The notes under the pieces are model-generated. The model made no database searches. It was given only the letters and a program-made list of their open reading frames with translations, and was not told the DNA's origin. The position numbers and the translations under genes were made by a program. From contig NC_058368.1 in assembly GCF_018350175.1 (NCBI RefSeq), positions 85,686,001-85,750,000 of the forward strand: 64,000 bases of DNA. Reading direction: 5' to 3'. This DNA comes from Felis catus (taxonomy: Eukaryota). Positions 41,570-54,540 of the stretch are shown one piece after another; the stretch's first letter is position 1, and each line of letters begins with the position of its first letter.

Positions 41570-44500
41570 TGGTAATTCAGTTTTTGCAATACCATCAAAT
41601 TCATTCACAAGATTCAGGTATCCATCACTGTAGAGAATCTCTTGATAATTTGTTTTCTTTAATAATTTTTTTTTAATTTTAAGTTTATATTTTAAGTTTA
41701 TATTTCAGGAAAAGTTTATCAAAAAGTTATAAGGCATTGTACCTGGACACATTTAACTTTCTAGATGCTTTTTTTTAACATTAGGATATTTGACCAGGTC
41801 CAATGACAAAAAGAGGTATCCACTTTGAATTCATCATTTTTTCTAATGAGGATGGAATTTTTTCATGTATTTTCTGATACTATTTGAATGTTTATTTTTT
41901 GAGAAATTATGTTTATGGTTTTTGATAACTTTTTAATTGAACTATGTATTAAAGAGAACTTAAATTTCATAGGTCAGCTTACTTTATATTTTGTTACAAA
42001 TACTTTTTCCAATATACAAACTTTTAATCAAAAGATTTTTCATATTTTTGTAGACAATATATTCTAGAATACAGGACTGAGCTATAGTTTTAGCACTTTT
42101 ATTTATTTTAGTTGTTGGCCAAGAATGTATATTTATCTTACAGTTCAATAGCATGCCTTTCCTTAAAATAAATGTTTATCATCTCTATTAAGATGTATTA
42201 ATAATTCTTTTCCACACTTTTTTTTTCATTTGACTAACATATTTTGTGTTTATTTCAATTCATCCATCAGCTGACAATTGTATGAATCGTTGATTGGATC
42301 AATGTTTACACACATCCAGAATTTTCACATTGGAAGGGACACTGAATTTGAACAGGTTAAACACAGTTAAAGCCAAAATAATTTTAACACAATTGCAAAG
42401 ATTCTGCAGGTGCCTGGGTACAGGATAGCCCTGGAATCCCAGATTTCTAAACCATCTCCTAGCAGCAGTGATCAGAGAGCATATTAAATTGGACCACAGA
42501 ATATTATTTTATTTTATTTTCCAGGTTCAGTTTTAGCAGTGTCACGTTAAGCTAAACAGTATTAATGACCAAAAAAATACTAGTTTAATCGATTCTAGTT
42601 TAAGATAGTGCTGTAGGAGGATCTAAATTCACTCCTCATGGACACGTCAGTCTACAGCTACATATGGAGGAATATTCTCTGGGAATATATAACTGAGCAA
42701 CTCCTACACATTAAGTGAATGAGGTAAAAACCCACATTGAAGTAAAGTGGGGAGTGTGAGACATGATCTCAGCATAAACCCTACCCTCAGCACAGCAACT
42801 CAAAATGCTGACCTTCTGCCTTATGAGCAAAGCATTTGAACTCCACATCTGGCAATCCACCTATTAAGACACACACCTGGATGAGAAGCCCTCAAACATT
42901 CTAGTTGGGGAAGCCAATAGGTCTTGCATCCAAAGTCCCATAGCCTACAGCAAACCGAGAAACAGTTTCTAAGGAGTTTACAAGAACCCTTTAAAATGGA
43001 AATCAAAAGAATATTGTGGCAAGATGTTATTCTCATATGAAACAAAATAAATCTTAAGAAAATACTCTAATAAGAGTCATAAAAGGGGATCTTGATAAAG
43101 GGGTCAGTGTAAGAAAGCAATGTAATACTTGTAAATATTTATACACCCAATATATATAAAGAAAAGATTAATAGACCTGGACAGACCTAAAGAGACAAAT
43201 ATAAAGCATAACAATAATAGTAGGGGGCATAATACCCCAAATTCATCAATGGAGAAATTATCCAGACAAAAAATCAATAAAGGACCAATACCCTAAAATG
43301 ACACTTTAGAAAAAATGTACTAAACACATACACAGGCCATTCCCTGCAAAAGAAACCGAATACAATGTCTACTCAAGTCCACATGGGAAATTCTCCAAAA
43401 CAGATAAGATGTCAGGCCACAAAACAAGTCTTAATAAATTTGAGAAGTTCTGACTCATATCAAAAATCTTTTCAAACAACATTAGTATGAAAATAGGAAT
43501 CAATTACAAGCAGAAAGCATAATATTCATAAAAATGTGGAGATAAAATATGTTACTGAAAAACTAATGGTTCAAAAAATGTAAATGGAAATAAGAAAAAT
43601 ACTTTGAGGCAATAAAAATACAGTATACCAAAACATAGGGGATGCAGCAATAGCAATTCTAAAAGGGTAGTTCATAGAGATAAATGCTAGATTAAAACAA
43701 CAACAACAACAACAAAAAAACCTGGAAAAACCTCAAAGATCCGAAGTTCACACTCAAGGAATTAGAAAAAGAACAAAAGAAGCCCAAAGTGTGCAGTAAG
43801 AAGAAAATTAAAAAGATCAAAGTAGAAATAAATAAGATGCGGACTAAAAAGACAATAGCAAAGATCAATAAAAGAAAGATGTGGTTCCTTGAAAAGGCAA
43901 TCAAAGTAGACAAATATTTAGCCAGTATCCCTAAGGAAAAAAAGAGATTCAAATGAATCAAATTAGAAATGAAGAGGTAGATGTTATATCTAATACCAAA
44001 GAGATACAAAGGACAATAAAAGCTACTATGAACAATTATGTGTTAACATGTTGGACCATGTAGAAGAAAGGGATAAAGTTTTAGAAACATACAGCCTACA
44101 GAGACTACATCATAAAGAAATAGAAAATCTGAGTCACATATTACCAGAAGGGAAATTATATCAGTAATAAAAACACAACAAACAAAAGTGTAGGACAGAT
44201 GGCTTCCTTGGTGAATTCTTCCAAAAATTAAAGAAGAATTAATACCAATTCTTCTCAAAATCCTCCAAAAAACAGACACAGTGAGAGTATTTCCACACCA
44301 TTTTATTAGAACAGCATTACCATTATACCAAAATCATACAAGGATGCCAAAGCGAAGAATAGAATAAAATCAGAAGCCAAAATCACCGATAAATCTAGAG
44401 GCAAGAATCCTCAAAAAAATATCAAAATAAATTGAGGAATATATAAGATGATTATGCACCATGATCAAGTTGGGCTTATTTCAGGGATCCAATGATGGAT

Positions 44501-46103
44501 CAACATCAACACTTCAAATAATGTAATCCACCACATTAACCAAACTAATGATAAAAATCATTTGGTGATCTTATTAGATGGAAAATAAACATTTGACAAA
44601 ATTCAACATCCATTCATGATAGAAAGTCTCAAAGTGGGTATAGAGGTAATGTAACTCAACATACTAAAGTCCATATTTCAATATGAAAACCCCACAGCTA
44701 ACATTATTGTATTTAAGGGTGATAGCCAAAAACATTTTCTCTAAGACAGGCACAAGACAATATTGCCCACTCATGTTACTTTTATTTACATTTCATTAGA
44801 CATTCCAGTTACGAATTGAGAATGGAAAATAAATAATTAAAGGCATCTAAATCAGGAAAGATAATGCAAAATTGTTACTATTTGCAGATTACATGATATT
44901 ATATGGAAAACCTTTAAGATGCCACTATAACCTGTTAGAACTAATGTACAAACTCTAAAATTTTAGGATACAACATCTTCTGCAAAAACTTAGTGTACCT
45001 TTGTATACTGATAACAATCCCTCAGAAAGAAAACAATTCCATTTACAATTGCATTAGAAAGAGTAAATACCTAGGAATAAATGTAATTAAGGAGGTAAAA
45101 GACCTGTACTCTTTAACTATTACAAAATGGTAAATGAAATTGAAGACACAAATGAAGGGAAAGATTACCATGCTCATGGATTAGAATAATTAATATGGCT
45201 AAAATATCCATAATACTGAAAGCAATCTACAGAGTCAATACAATCTCCATCCAAATTTCAGTGGTATTGTTCACAGACGTACAAGAAATAATCCTAAAAT
45301 TTTTGTGGAACCACAGAAGACCCTGAATAGCCAATGTCACTTTGAGAAAAATGAGTAAATCTGAGGCATTATTCTCCCTGATTTCAAATTGTATACTAAG
45401 CCATATTAATATTAAAAGTAATATATTGGCATGTAAACAGATACAGTCAATGGAATTGAAAAGAGAGTCCATGAATAAATTCATCTATAGATAGTCAGTA
45501 AATTTACAACAAATAAGTCAAGAATATACAATATGGAGAGGACAACATCTTTAATAAATGGTGCTGGAAAAACTGAACAGCCACATACAAAAGAATAAAT
45601 ATTGGTCACTATTTTACATCATACACAGAAAATAACTCAAAAAAAGCTTAAAGATTTGAATGTAAGAGCTGAAACCATAAAATTAGAAGCAAACATAAGT
45701 CTTAGTTTCCTTTGTTGATCTTGGCATTTTCTAAATTTGACACCAAAAACAAAGCAATAAATCAATAATAAATAAGTGGAGATGTATTGAACTAAAAAGC
45801 TTCTGTAAAGCAAAAGAAACCATCAACAAAAATTGAAAATGCAATGTCCCAAATGGAAGATAGTATTTGCAAATCATGTATCTGTTAAGGGGCTAATATC
45901 CAAAATATGTATGAAAAGCACATACAACCAATGGCAAAAAAAAATACAATTAAAAAGTGAACAGAAGGTAAATAGACGTTTTTCAAATGAAGAGTTAGAT
46001 GGTCAGAACATACATTAAGTATGCTCAACGTTGCTAATCAGTAGGGAAATACAAATCAAAATCACAAGGAGACATTATTTCTGTTAAAATAGTTATTAAC
46101 AAA

Positions 46104-46295
46104 AGAGGAAGAAGAAGGAGAAAGAGGAGATGGAGAAGGAGGAGGAGGAGGAAGAGGAGGAGGAGGAGGAGGAGAAAGAAGAAGAAGAAGAAGAAGAAGA
46201 AGAAGAAGAAGAGAAAGAGGAGAAGAAGGAGGAGAAGGAGGAGAAGGAGGGAGAGGAGGAGAAGGAGGAGGAAGGAAGCAGAAGAGGAAGGAGAA
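46104..46295. repeat. (GAA)n/(GGA)n compound trinucleotide microsatellite
   Basis: About 190 bp of almost pure purine. Confidence 0.95.
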
Positions 46296-46320
46296 AACCA
46301 AGAAGAAATAACAAGTATTG

Positions 46321-46552
46321 GGGCGCCTGGGTGGCGCAGTCGGTTAAGCGTCCGACTTCAGCCAGGTCACGATCTCGCGGTCCGTGAGTTCGAGCCCCGC
46401 GTCGGGCTCTGGGCTGATGGCTCAGAGCCTGGAGCCTGCTTCCGATTCTGTGTCTCCTTCTCTCTCTGCCCCTCCCCCGTTCATGCTCTGTCTCTCTCTG
46501 TCTCAAAAATAAATAAAAACATTAAAAAAAAAAATTAAAAAAAAAAAAAAAA
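46321..46552 (+). mobile_element. Can-SINE (very young felid type)
   Basis: CpGs intact, long A tail. Perfect TSD aagaaataacaagtattg (46303-46320, 46553-46570). Confidence 0.97.
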
Positions 46553-47640
46553 AAGAAATAACAAGTATTGATGAGGTTGTGAAGAAAAGGACACCCTTGC
46601 ATACTATTTGTGGGAATTTAAGTTGGTGTAGTCATTATGGAAAACAATATAGTTTCCAAAAAGAGAAGAAAGAAGAAAGAAAGAAAGAAGAAAGAAAGAA
46701 AGAAAGAAAAGAAAGAAAGAAAAGAAAAGAGAAAAGAAAAGAACTATTCTATGATACAGCAATTCTACCTATTCATATTTCTCCAAAGGAAATTAAAAAA
46801 CTAACTCAAAATGATATATGTACTCCTCATACTGCAATTTTCATTACAACATTTAAAAATAATATCCAAGACATATAAGTAACCTCAGTGTCTATTGATG
46901 GATAAATGGGTAAATAAAATATATTTTATATAAATAAATATATATATATATATAGTTGAAAATTACGGTCATAAAACAAATATTGCCTTTGTGACAACAT
47001 GAATGTACCTCAAGGACATTATGCTCAATGAAATATGTCAGAAACACATAGCATATTATTTCACGTATATATGGAATCTAAAACAAAGAAAGAAAAATCT
47101 TATGAATTCATAAATACAGAGAAAAATTTGGTGGGTGCTAGAGGTGGGGTTGGTACGGATGGCTGAAATGGGTGAATGTGATCAATTGAATTGTGATCAA
47201 TTCAATTGTGAAATGTGAATGTGTAAAAATATCCAGTTTTAACATTACAGTGTTTATAGTTAATTATAGTTAATGATACTGTATTATATGTTTGAATGTT
47301 GCTAAGAGTGTACATCTTAAATATTCTCATCACAAGAAGAAGATATAATTACATGAGGTAATGGACTTAACTAAATTTATTATTGTGGGTATTTTACAAA
47401 ATATATAGTATCAAAATATTATGCTTTGCATCTGAAACTAATATAATGATACATGTATTTATATCTCAGAGTGATTTATAGCATATTTATATTGTTTACA
47501 GTTTAAAAATAATTTTTGCATAACTGAATTAATTTATCATTACAATAATTTTGAGAAATAGGGGTCAAGTACTTTAGAAGAATATGGATGAGTTCTAGAC
47601 ATTTTTGGACATTACATAAGCACAAATCAAAATGAACATA

Positions 47641-47800
47641 GAGACTCGTGGTTGGCTCAGTTGGTTCAGCATCCAACTCTTGATTTTGGGTTCATGAGAT
47701 CTAGCCCTACATCAGGCTCCATGCTGTCAACACGGATTTTTTGTCTCCCTCTCTCTTGGCCTCTTCCCCAATTCAAAATAAATAAATAATATTAAAAAAA
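47641..47800 (+). mobile_element. Can-SINE (degenerate)
   Basis: ggctcagttggttcagcatccaactcttgatttt head and tail. Confidence 0.82.
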
Positions 47801-47981
47801 TCTAAAAGGAAAAATATTCAGAAAGGCAGAGATAGAATGACAGATAAAATGAGAATCATCCTCAGGTTTTCTGGTCTAGGAAATGGGAAAATAGATGAAG
47901 CCTTTGGAACAGTCTGTGGAATAAAATGACTACTGAGCTCCAGTGTAAAGTTCAGAATGGTTGTTTCTCTTTCCCTCTCAC

Positions 47982-48068
47982 CTGCAACTGTCTATAGAAG
48001 CAGGAAAGAGAGCTGAAAGGCACTGATGCCCAAGCACAAAGGCTATAACCCAGTCTATGTTCTCAGTG
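47982..48068 (-). pseudogene. Proximal paralogous leader exon, disabled
   Basis: Acceptor cctccag|. The coding-equivalent part reads tta tag cct ttg tgc ttg ggc atc ... cta tag aca gtt gca g|gtgag = L*PLCLGISAFQLSFLLL*TVA. It aligns in frame with the 57744-57807 exon but has lost the ATG and has two TAG stops. Confidence 0.65.
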
Positions 48069-48212
48069 CTGGAGGTTAAGACCTCTCTGTCCTGATGCTC
48101 AAGGGCCACAGCCTTGTGGTCTGGTTCATGCACATTCAAACTTCTCCAGAAATGCTGCTAAAATGATTATACAGTAGAAAATGGCTCACCAGTTTTCACT
48201 TCCCAGTGTATC

Positions 48213-48224
48213 AAAAGTGAAAGT
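48213..48224. promoter_or_regulatory. Candidate IRF-E/PRDI-like element upstream of the proximal leader
   Basis: AAAAGTGAAAGT lies at the position equivalent to 57973-57982 in the other copy. Motif match only. Confidence 0.38.
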
Positions 48225-48649
48225 AGGGAGCTAATTGACTAGCTTATCCTTTTCTGTAATACAGTGTGGAATAAAGAAGAAAGAAACATAAAGCACAGTT
48301 ATTGGTCATATGATGAAACAAACATCTCATAGTATAAAGAAAACTGTCATATTAAACTCTTTTTCCATCATGGTTTTCTGATTCATGGTTTCTTTTTTCT
48401 TTCTTAATTTTGTTAAGAATTGTTACTTACTAAGAATCGGTAGACAGAGTGAGGGGGATGATAAGGTCTCTGCCTTATTCTTTTCTTACAGGACGGTCCT
48501 CCCTCTCTCTCACCAACTCAAGTGATGATTATTAAAAGTTGCTTGAATATACCACACAAATATTCAACTAAGACAGGTTGGGACATTTTTATCAACAATA
48601 ATAGGACTAAAATTGTAATAGGGTGAATCTTATTTATTTTTCTGAAAAA

Positions 48650-49085
48650 ATGCCTACAGTATCATATATGTGTATATGTATCCTCTATTCCCCACACAAA
48701 GTTCCTAAAAGTTTGGTATTTACTGAACGATAGTGGTGTCTTTTTGATATCTGTAATGATCCCCTTTTGCCACACCTCAGTTCATTTATTGAGGTGATCT
48801 ATGATGGGGCCTTGGATAATTTCAGGATGAGGGCTAATCTCCAGAGAATGAACCGTGGGATTAGAGGGTTACAGGAGGAGAGATGTACTCCCCATCCCAT
48901 AGTCTCTGGGGAGAGAAAGAGGCCTGAAGATTTTCAGTCATCAATGGCCAATGATTAAAACAATTCAATAATTAAAGCAAACATGGCTATGTACTGAAAC
49001 TTCCATAAACAATTCCAAAACAAGGAGGCTGATAGAAATTCCATGTTGGTGATCATATTGCTATGTTACTAGGGTGGTGCAAGCA
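48650..49085 (+). mobile_element. MER21-like LTR, partial
   Basis: gaggtgatctatgatggggccttggataatttcaggatgagggct...ctgaaacttccataaac aligns with 37980-38200. Confidence 0.78.
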
Positions 49086-49089
49086 GTGA

Positions 49090-52000
49090 TTGCCCCCAGG
49101 CAATGTATCCCTCTCCCCACAGGTGCTGCAGGTCTATATGGACAGTGGGAACAAGTTGACAGTCTCTTAAGTTGACCTAGGTGCAAATATTCTATCTTTA
49201 AAGTCACATAAATTTGTTAGTTCTATAAAGTAGACTTGTCTTTAGATTTATCAGCATTAAATATATCTTTTATTCTACCGAGGTTTACTAAAAGTGAAAT
49301 AAGCTCATGCGATCTCTATTGTAATTTGTTAGCAAAAAGATGACTTAAAACGATGCTAGTTTTGTCTCTCTGAAACTTTTCATGGATAATTGTTAAAAAA
49401 ACAAGTAGGTGAAATAAACTAAAATGTTTATATATAAAATTTTTCATAACTTTCAAAATCTTTGGTAACTGCACACTTTGAAGTTTTTCTGGTTAAATGA
49501 TAAATTGGACTAAATTCATTGGATATCTTAGTCTTGTCCAAATAAAATAAAGTAGTAAAGCATTGATTACTGAACATAAATTTGTGCTTGGCTTCTTCAT
49601 GCAGAGAAACTGAAGATACTTGGGTCTATTGGAAAACATGTGTTATGTTTTTTTGAAATAAATGTATTATGGAAAAACATATGGTTTTAGAAGTATACAA
49701 TGTATTCATGAATTTCCTATCCCAAGAATTCTGGTTTAAGAAGCAGTTCACAACTGGTTCTTACTTAATTTTCTGGGAGACTATAGTGTGTAAGAGTTAA
49801 AATTCTGCTAAGTGTAATTAAGACTGATGGAAATCAGGGAAGCAACTCTGTATTCAAGCAAGTATGTGTTTTTAATAAGAATGGTGTAGGAATGGAAATG
49901 CATATTGTTGAGGGAAAAAAGAAATTTTGTCCTAAAAGGAGACTGATTGTTTCTAGAGGAAAAATTTAGGACAAAATCTGAATGAAAAAGAAACCTGCCA
50001 AAAAACTGTGAGGGGGGAACGTTTGGAAAAATAATTTTATATGTGGTCAGGAGCAATTTTGTAATGAAAGAAATTAAAGTTACACTGGTATAAGTTTGAA
50101 ATATACTTTTCCTTTTTACGTGTTTTTTGTTGTCATTTTGTTGTTTTGTTTTGTTTGTGTATTTTTTGATTGTTGGTCTGCTCTTGATAAGAATATAAAG
50201 AAAGGTGTTTTTCTTTTTTTGTCTGTCCAGATAACCAGTGTTTTCTTTATCTGCCCAGAAAACCAACACTTTATCTTTATCAGGTCTTTGATTACTTAAA
50301 AAAGTGCCTAGCTGGGTCAGTAGGTAGAATATGAGATTCTTAAATTTAGGGTTGTAAATTCAAGCACCACATTGGGTGTGGAGAATTTTAGTAAAAAAAA
50401 AAAAAGAAAAGAAAGAAAAGAAAAGAAAAATAAAACTTCCAATGTGGAAGGAGCAAAGTGTTGCTAACCAATATATGATTTCCTATAGAATCCCTTATTG
50501 TCACCTTGGTTAAGTTTAAATATTAGATTTGTAATTATCTATAATAATTTATCAGCATGTGCTTTAAAATTTTTTGAAGGTTTTAACAAGCTTTGCACAT
50601 TTTAATTTTAAATGAAGGTTTTTTTTTTCTTTTACTAATTACACCTGTTTATTTGGTATGTAAAGTTACTTGGACAACATTGTCAAGCCAATAATGATAA
50701 TCTTTAGGTTGTATTTTATGCATAAATTTAGAGGTCTTCTAGGAAATATATGAAATTCCTGAAGTTTATAATATGACTGGATAGCAAGTCATTACTTGTA
50801 TTATTTAAATGTATATCACAGAAATAACCAGACTTCCTTGTCAATTAATTGCATTATATTAAACACTCATAAAAGATCTTTAACCATGTATTTTCTGATT
50901 TTTTTTGTCATTTATAGTTACTATTCTAATGCTATTGCAAAATGAGTTTCATCTTCAAGGAGATTCATAGAAAGGATTTTTGACAAATACAGTGTTTTGG
51001 TACCTTGAATATCATAAAACTGGCCTGAGTACGAATTTCCAGAACAAATGAGAAAGATGCATTTTAAATGAACAAAAATTAAAAACATAGAACTGAATGA
51101 ATTGACGATGATAGAATATCCTTTTGTGAATAAATGGAAGAATTTAACATTTCTCCCTACCTGAACCCTGCAGAATTCAGAAACTCTCAGTGAGTGTTCT
51201 TTCTTCCATGGAATTTATAATCATTTGAATGAATCCCATGAGAATCTGGTCTCCTGGTAACAGGAAACCACTGGAAACACTGACTATATTACAAAGGCTT
51301 TGATTGGAATGTCATATTTGAAAGAGATGTGCATAGACTCAGATATGACCAGATAGCTTTAAGGAATTAAAGTTGACTTTCTGAAGCCAATAAAGCCCCT
51401 TGAGAATGTTGGCCTGATTATCTTGTTTATAGAGATCCTAGCAGCCTTACCAGATGAGTAGAGAATATCGCTTCTTGGCAGATGCAGGTTTCCTGCATAT
51501 ATTGGAGGAAATGTATTTCCAGGATATATTGGAGACCTTGAGAAGAGGGATACACCCAAATCTGCAGATGTTGCACGCATGTCTGATAACAAATATTTGC
51601 TTGGCTGTGGCCTCAAGAGGTTATTAAAATTTCAATCTAGAGACTCTTTATAAAAAGTTCCAGCAAGCAGATTTTAAAGGATCTATATGATCTATCAATA
51701 TTCTTGCTGAACTTATGTAAATAATTAGCCAAATTCTGTTAAAACTGGAATTATTTCACAAACAGATTAGGCCTGGTTTGGCTATCTCTGAAAATAAAGG
51801 TGAATTTAGAGAGAAACATATACTCTATAACATATCTTCAATAACCTATCCTTTTGGGTATTAGATTCTAGTTTTGATTAATTGTCTTTAAGTGTTTGTT
51901 ATCTGCCTAAGCAAGACAAGACAACTTGAGGTAAAATTCAGAGAGACTGCCATAACAACTCTCATAAAAATAATGTTGCTTGTTACTTTGTAGCTAATAA

Positions 52001-53766
52001 AAGGAGCCCCATGGACATATGCTTATTTAAACATCTGGACAATGCGTTGGGCTCCCCAACAATTGTGTAACTCAGTGGTCACCTTAATCAATTCCACGTC
52101 ACTGGGATAAGAAAACTGCTCCTTAAAAGTCAGAACATATCCTACTCTATGGGTTTAACTATGAACTTGTGAACATAATGGATGGCCCCATCTTCCTTAT
52201 AATTTGATTAGAGAATGAACTTGGGGTGCTCTTATCTCCCAGGACAAGTCATTTCCCACTTACCAGTGATTCCTTGAAAGTATGATATGGTTAAGGCTAG
52301 ACATCAGACAAAGAAGTCTTCTTAATACTTTTATCCCTCAGTCATATTTATTCTGGGATCCACCTCTTTTAATGTAAAATTGCAAATAGAGGCTTAGACA
52401 AGCATAGGGTGGCCACCTTTAACCAAACCTAACACAAAGTCATCCTAATACCAGTATTAATAGGAATATTTCTGTTACTAAATATAATATTTCATGCTGC
52501 TCTATGCTAAATATTACATGCGACGTTCTGGGTCATAGGAGGCCTTTATTTTACCCTTAGATTATTAAAATTTTAACTGAATGTGCCAACGAACAGATAG
52601 GCTCATTACCACACATCCCCCATCTACATAGTCCTTCTTATCAATATATTCAGGAAGAATTATATCAGATATGGGATGGATATATGTGGCTTACTCCCAC
52701 AATAAGAAAACTCAACTAAGTGGCCTTTTCTGTTGTGCTGGCAACAGAAAAACCGTATACTTGATTCATGAGCCAATATTACTCACCAAAGTGATGACTG
52801 CCCCCAGAAGCCTATGATGATACCATTATCTTAAAGGCAGTGAATTGGTTTCTTATTGACTAGACAAGGCAACCAGTGACATCACATTGCTAACATCTAA
52901 TGGGACACAATTGTAAATGGGCCAAATTAGTGGCCATCAGGCTGGATTAGGAAATGGGCTATAGGTTTTGCTTGGATGCATGGTTGTAGCACTCTCACAA
53001 GTCAAGCTAATCTTCCATACCTAAAACAACCACCAACAAGTTCCATGTTTAATGGTATGACCATCTGACATCTATTTTTTCTTCCATCATATAGCACACA
53101 CCTTGATAAACACACAATTAAAGTCTTGAATAACTCACAAAACAATTACATTATTAAATTCTAGAGTAGCTCAAATGCATAAACTGATTCTACACAATAG
53201 AAAGACATTAGATGTCTTAACAGCAGCACAAGGAGGAACATATGATATTATTAGAGTGGAAAGTTGCATCTACATTACAGGTTATAACAAAACAGTAACA
53301 GGATTACTGAACTGATACACATAACCAAACTGGTGCTCTTAAAGACCCTACATTGTCACTTAATGATTGGTCAAATTCCTGGGCAAGAGGTGAACTAGGT
53401 CTACACTGAAAGGTCTTCTTGTCACCTTGTTTTATTTTTATTACAGTAATAATCCTGATATGTTGTCTCTTTCACTTTTTTCTCTCCTATTGTTGAGATA
53501 CATGCAAGTTTCTCATGTCTCCTTCACCCAGTTGTCAGATGGTCCTTTTACTTGTAACAAATTTACTCTTATGACCACTCTGGACCCTACTACAATTACT
53601 TTCTGTAATAGTCACTTATAGGACAGATAGTGACCAATTTCAGTCCATATGTAGAGACATCCGTACATCCTCTGCCTGGTTGTGGGTTGAAGAAGTTACA
53701 GAAGACGAGCCCTTTGCCCTTCAACTATCTTAAAAATTTAAGGACTGAAAATTGGTCAGAGGGAAA
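49090..53766 (+). mobile_element. Degenerate ERV1-class internal region (AT-rich non-coding body plus env remnants, polypurine tract at ~53759-53766)
   Basis: env TM remnant VAQMHKLILHNRKTLDVLTAAQGGTYDIIRVESCIYI at 53166-53276, and agagggaaa immediately before a TG-starting LTR. No matching 5' LTR, gag or pol recognised. Confidence 0.8.
50303..50432 (+). mobile_element. Short, old-type Can-SINE
   Basis: gtgcctagctgggtcagtaggtagaatatgagattcttaaatttagggttgtaaattcaag followed by an A-rich tail. Confidence 0.75.
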
Positions 53767-54179
53767 TGATGACAGAAGCAGGAAAATGTTCACCTTTAGC
53801 CCAGAAGACTTAGCTGTGGCCTGCGTAGTTTCAATGAGGGACCATATTTATGGATTGGTTGCTATATTCTTAAAGGGGGTCATGACTGCCTGTCTGTCTC
53901 ACGATAGTTAATATTGAGCTGAATGATAAGCCCCAGAAAACTTTTGCAAAAGTAGCTTTATGAATAGGTATTTGAAGAAAACACCTATGCTTGAATACTC
54001 CCTTCACATCTCCTCCCCCTTGAGCACTAAGCATATAAACACCTGATTCCTAAAGGAAAAGTGTGGCTCTTTCTGCCCACAGGTCCTGTCCCCATGCTAC
54101 TTAAATAAACATACTTAGTTGGGCCATAAAACGCTTCAACAATTCTTTCTTGATTGTCCTGCTAAATGATCCTGCAACA
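53767..54179 (+). mobile_element. 3' LTR of the ERV1-class element
   Basis: TGAT...AACA termini, with catataa at ~54032 and aataaa at ~54103. It shares ggtcctgtcccc.tgct with the 23265-23889 LTR. Confidence 0.8.
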
Positions 54180-54269
54180 TTCTTAACATGAGAACTGTTT
54201 ACCAAGGACACAAACAAAAATTACATCCCACTTCTTTTTTTGTTTTTTTCAGTTAAAGAGAAATTCATA

Positions 54270-54540
54270 GTTGGCAGACTAATAAGATATAGAGATCAGC
54301 TACAACATAGGATGTACACTTGACAATACTGATAGTGCACTTAAATTTGTTAGGAAGGTATAACTCAAATTCAGTGTTTTTACCACACACACACACACAC
54401 ACACACACTATAAAAAACAGCATGACACTAATTTGTCAATAAATTTCATATAAAAAAAAAAAAAAACAGCATGACAAGAGTAAATTTATGGAGGTCTATA
54501 TATGTTGATTAACTTGATTGTGGTGATTGTTACACAGGGG
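54270..54540 (+). mobile_element. Old LINE-1 3' UTR fragment with (CA)n
   Basis: acttaaatttgttaggaaggta...ttaacttgattgtggtgatt is L1M 3'-end-like. Confidence 0.75.
54428..54460 (+). mobile_element. Extremely 5'-truncated L1 insertion (24 bp plus poly-A)
   Basis: ctaatttgtcaataaatttcatat matches the L1 3' end at 56995-57018. Perfect 16-bp TSD aaaaaacagcatgaca (54412-54427, 54461-54476). Confidence 0.88.

Larger units (their letters stand above)
42595..47468 (+). mobile_element. LINE-1 with ~400 bp of 5' UTR joined directly to ORF2 (no ORF1) and an L1MA-type 3' UTR
   Basis: The 5' end matches the reverse complement of 63700-63810. ORF2 endonuclease-like sequence begins ~42992, RT tttgcagattacatgata lies at ~44881 and the 3' UTR runs to ~47468. 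Confidence 0.88.

Noticed and set aside
46062..46506. Glu-rich, Ser-rich and Pro-rich ORFs
   Set aside because: They are translations of the GAA/GGA microsatellite plus a SINE.
48190..48253. Third signal-peptide-like exon (ISSLLSLLIHWEVKT)
   Set aside because: It has an in-frame stop and no ATG. It is better explained as a possible non-coding upstream exon or promoter of the proximal module.
37910..49085. Single provirus bounded by the two MER21-like LTRs
   Set aside because: The interval contains a host leader exon and unrelated repeats, has no gag/pol, and shows no shared TSD.
53166..53480. Domesticated env (syncytin-like) gene
   Set aside because: It has stops and frameshifts, a degraded CX6CC motif and no long ORF.
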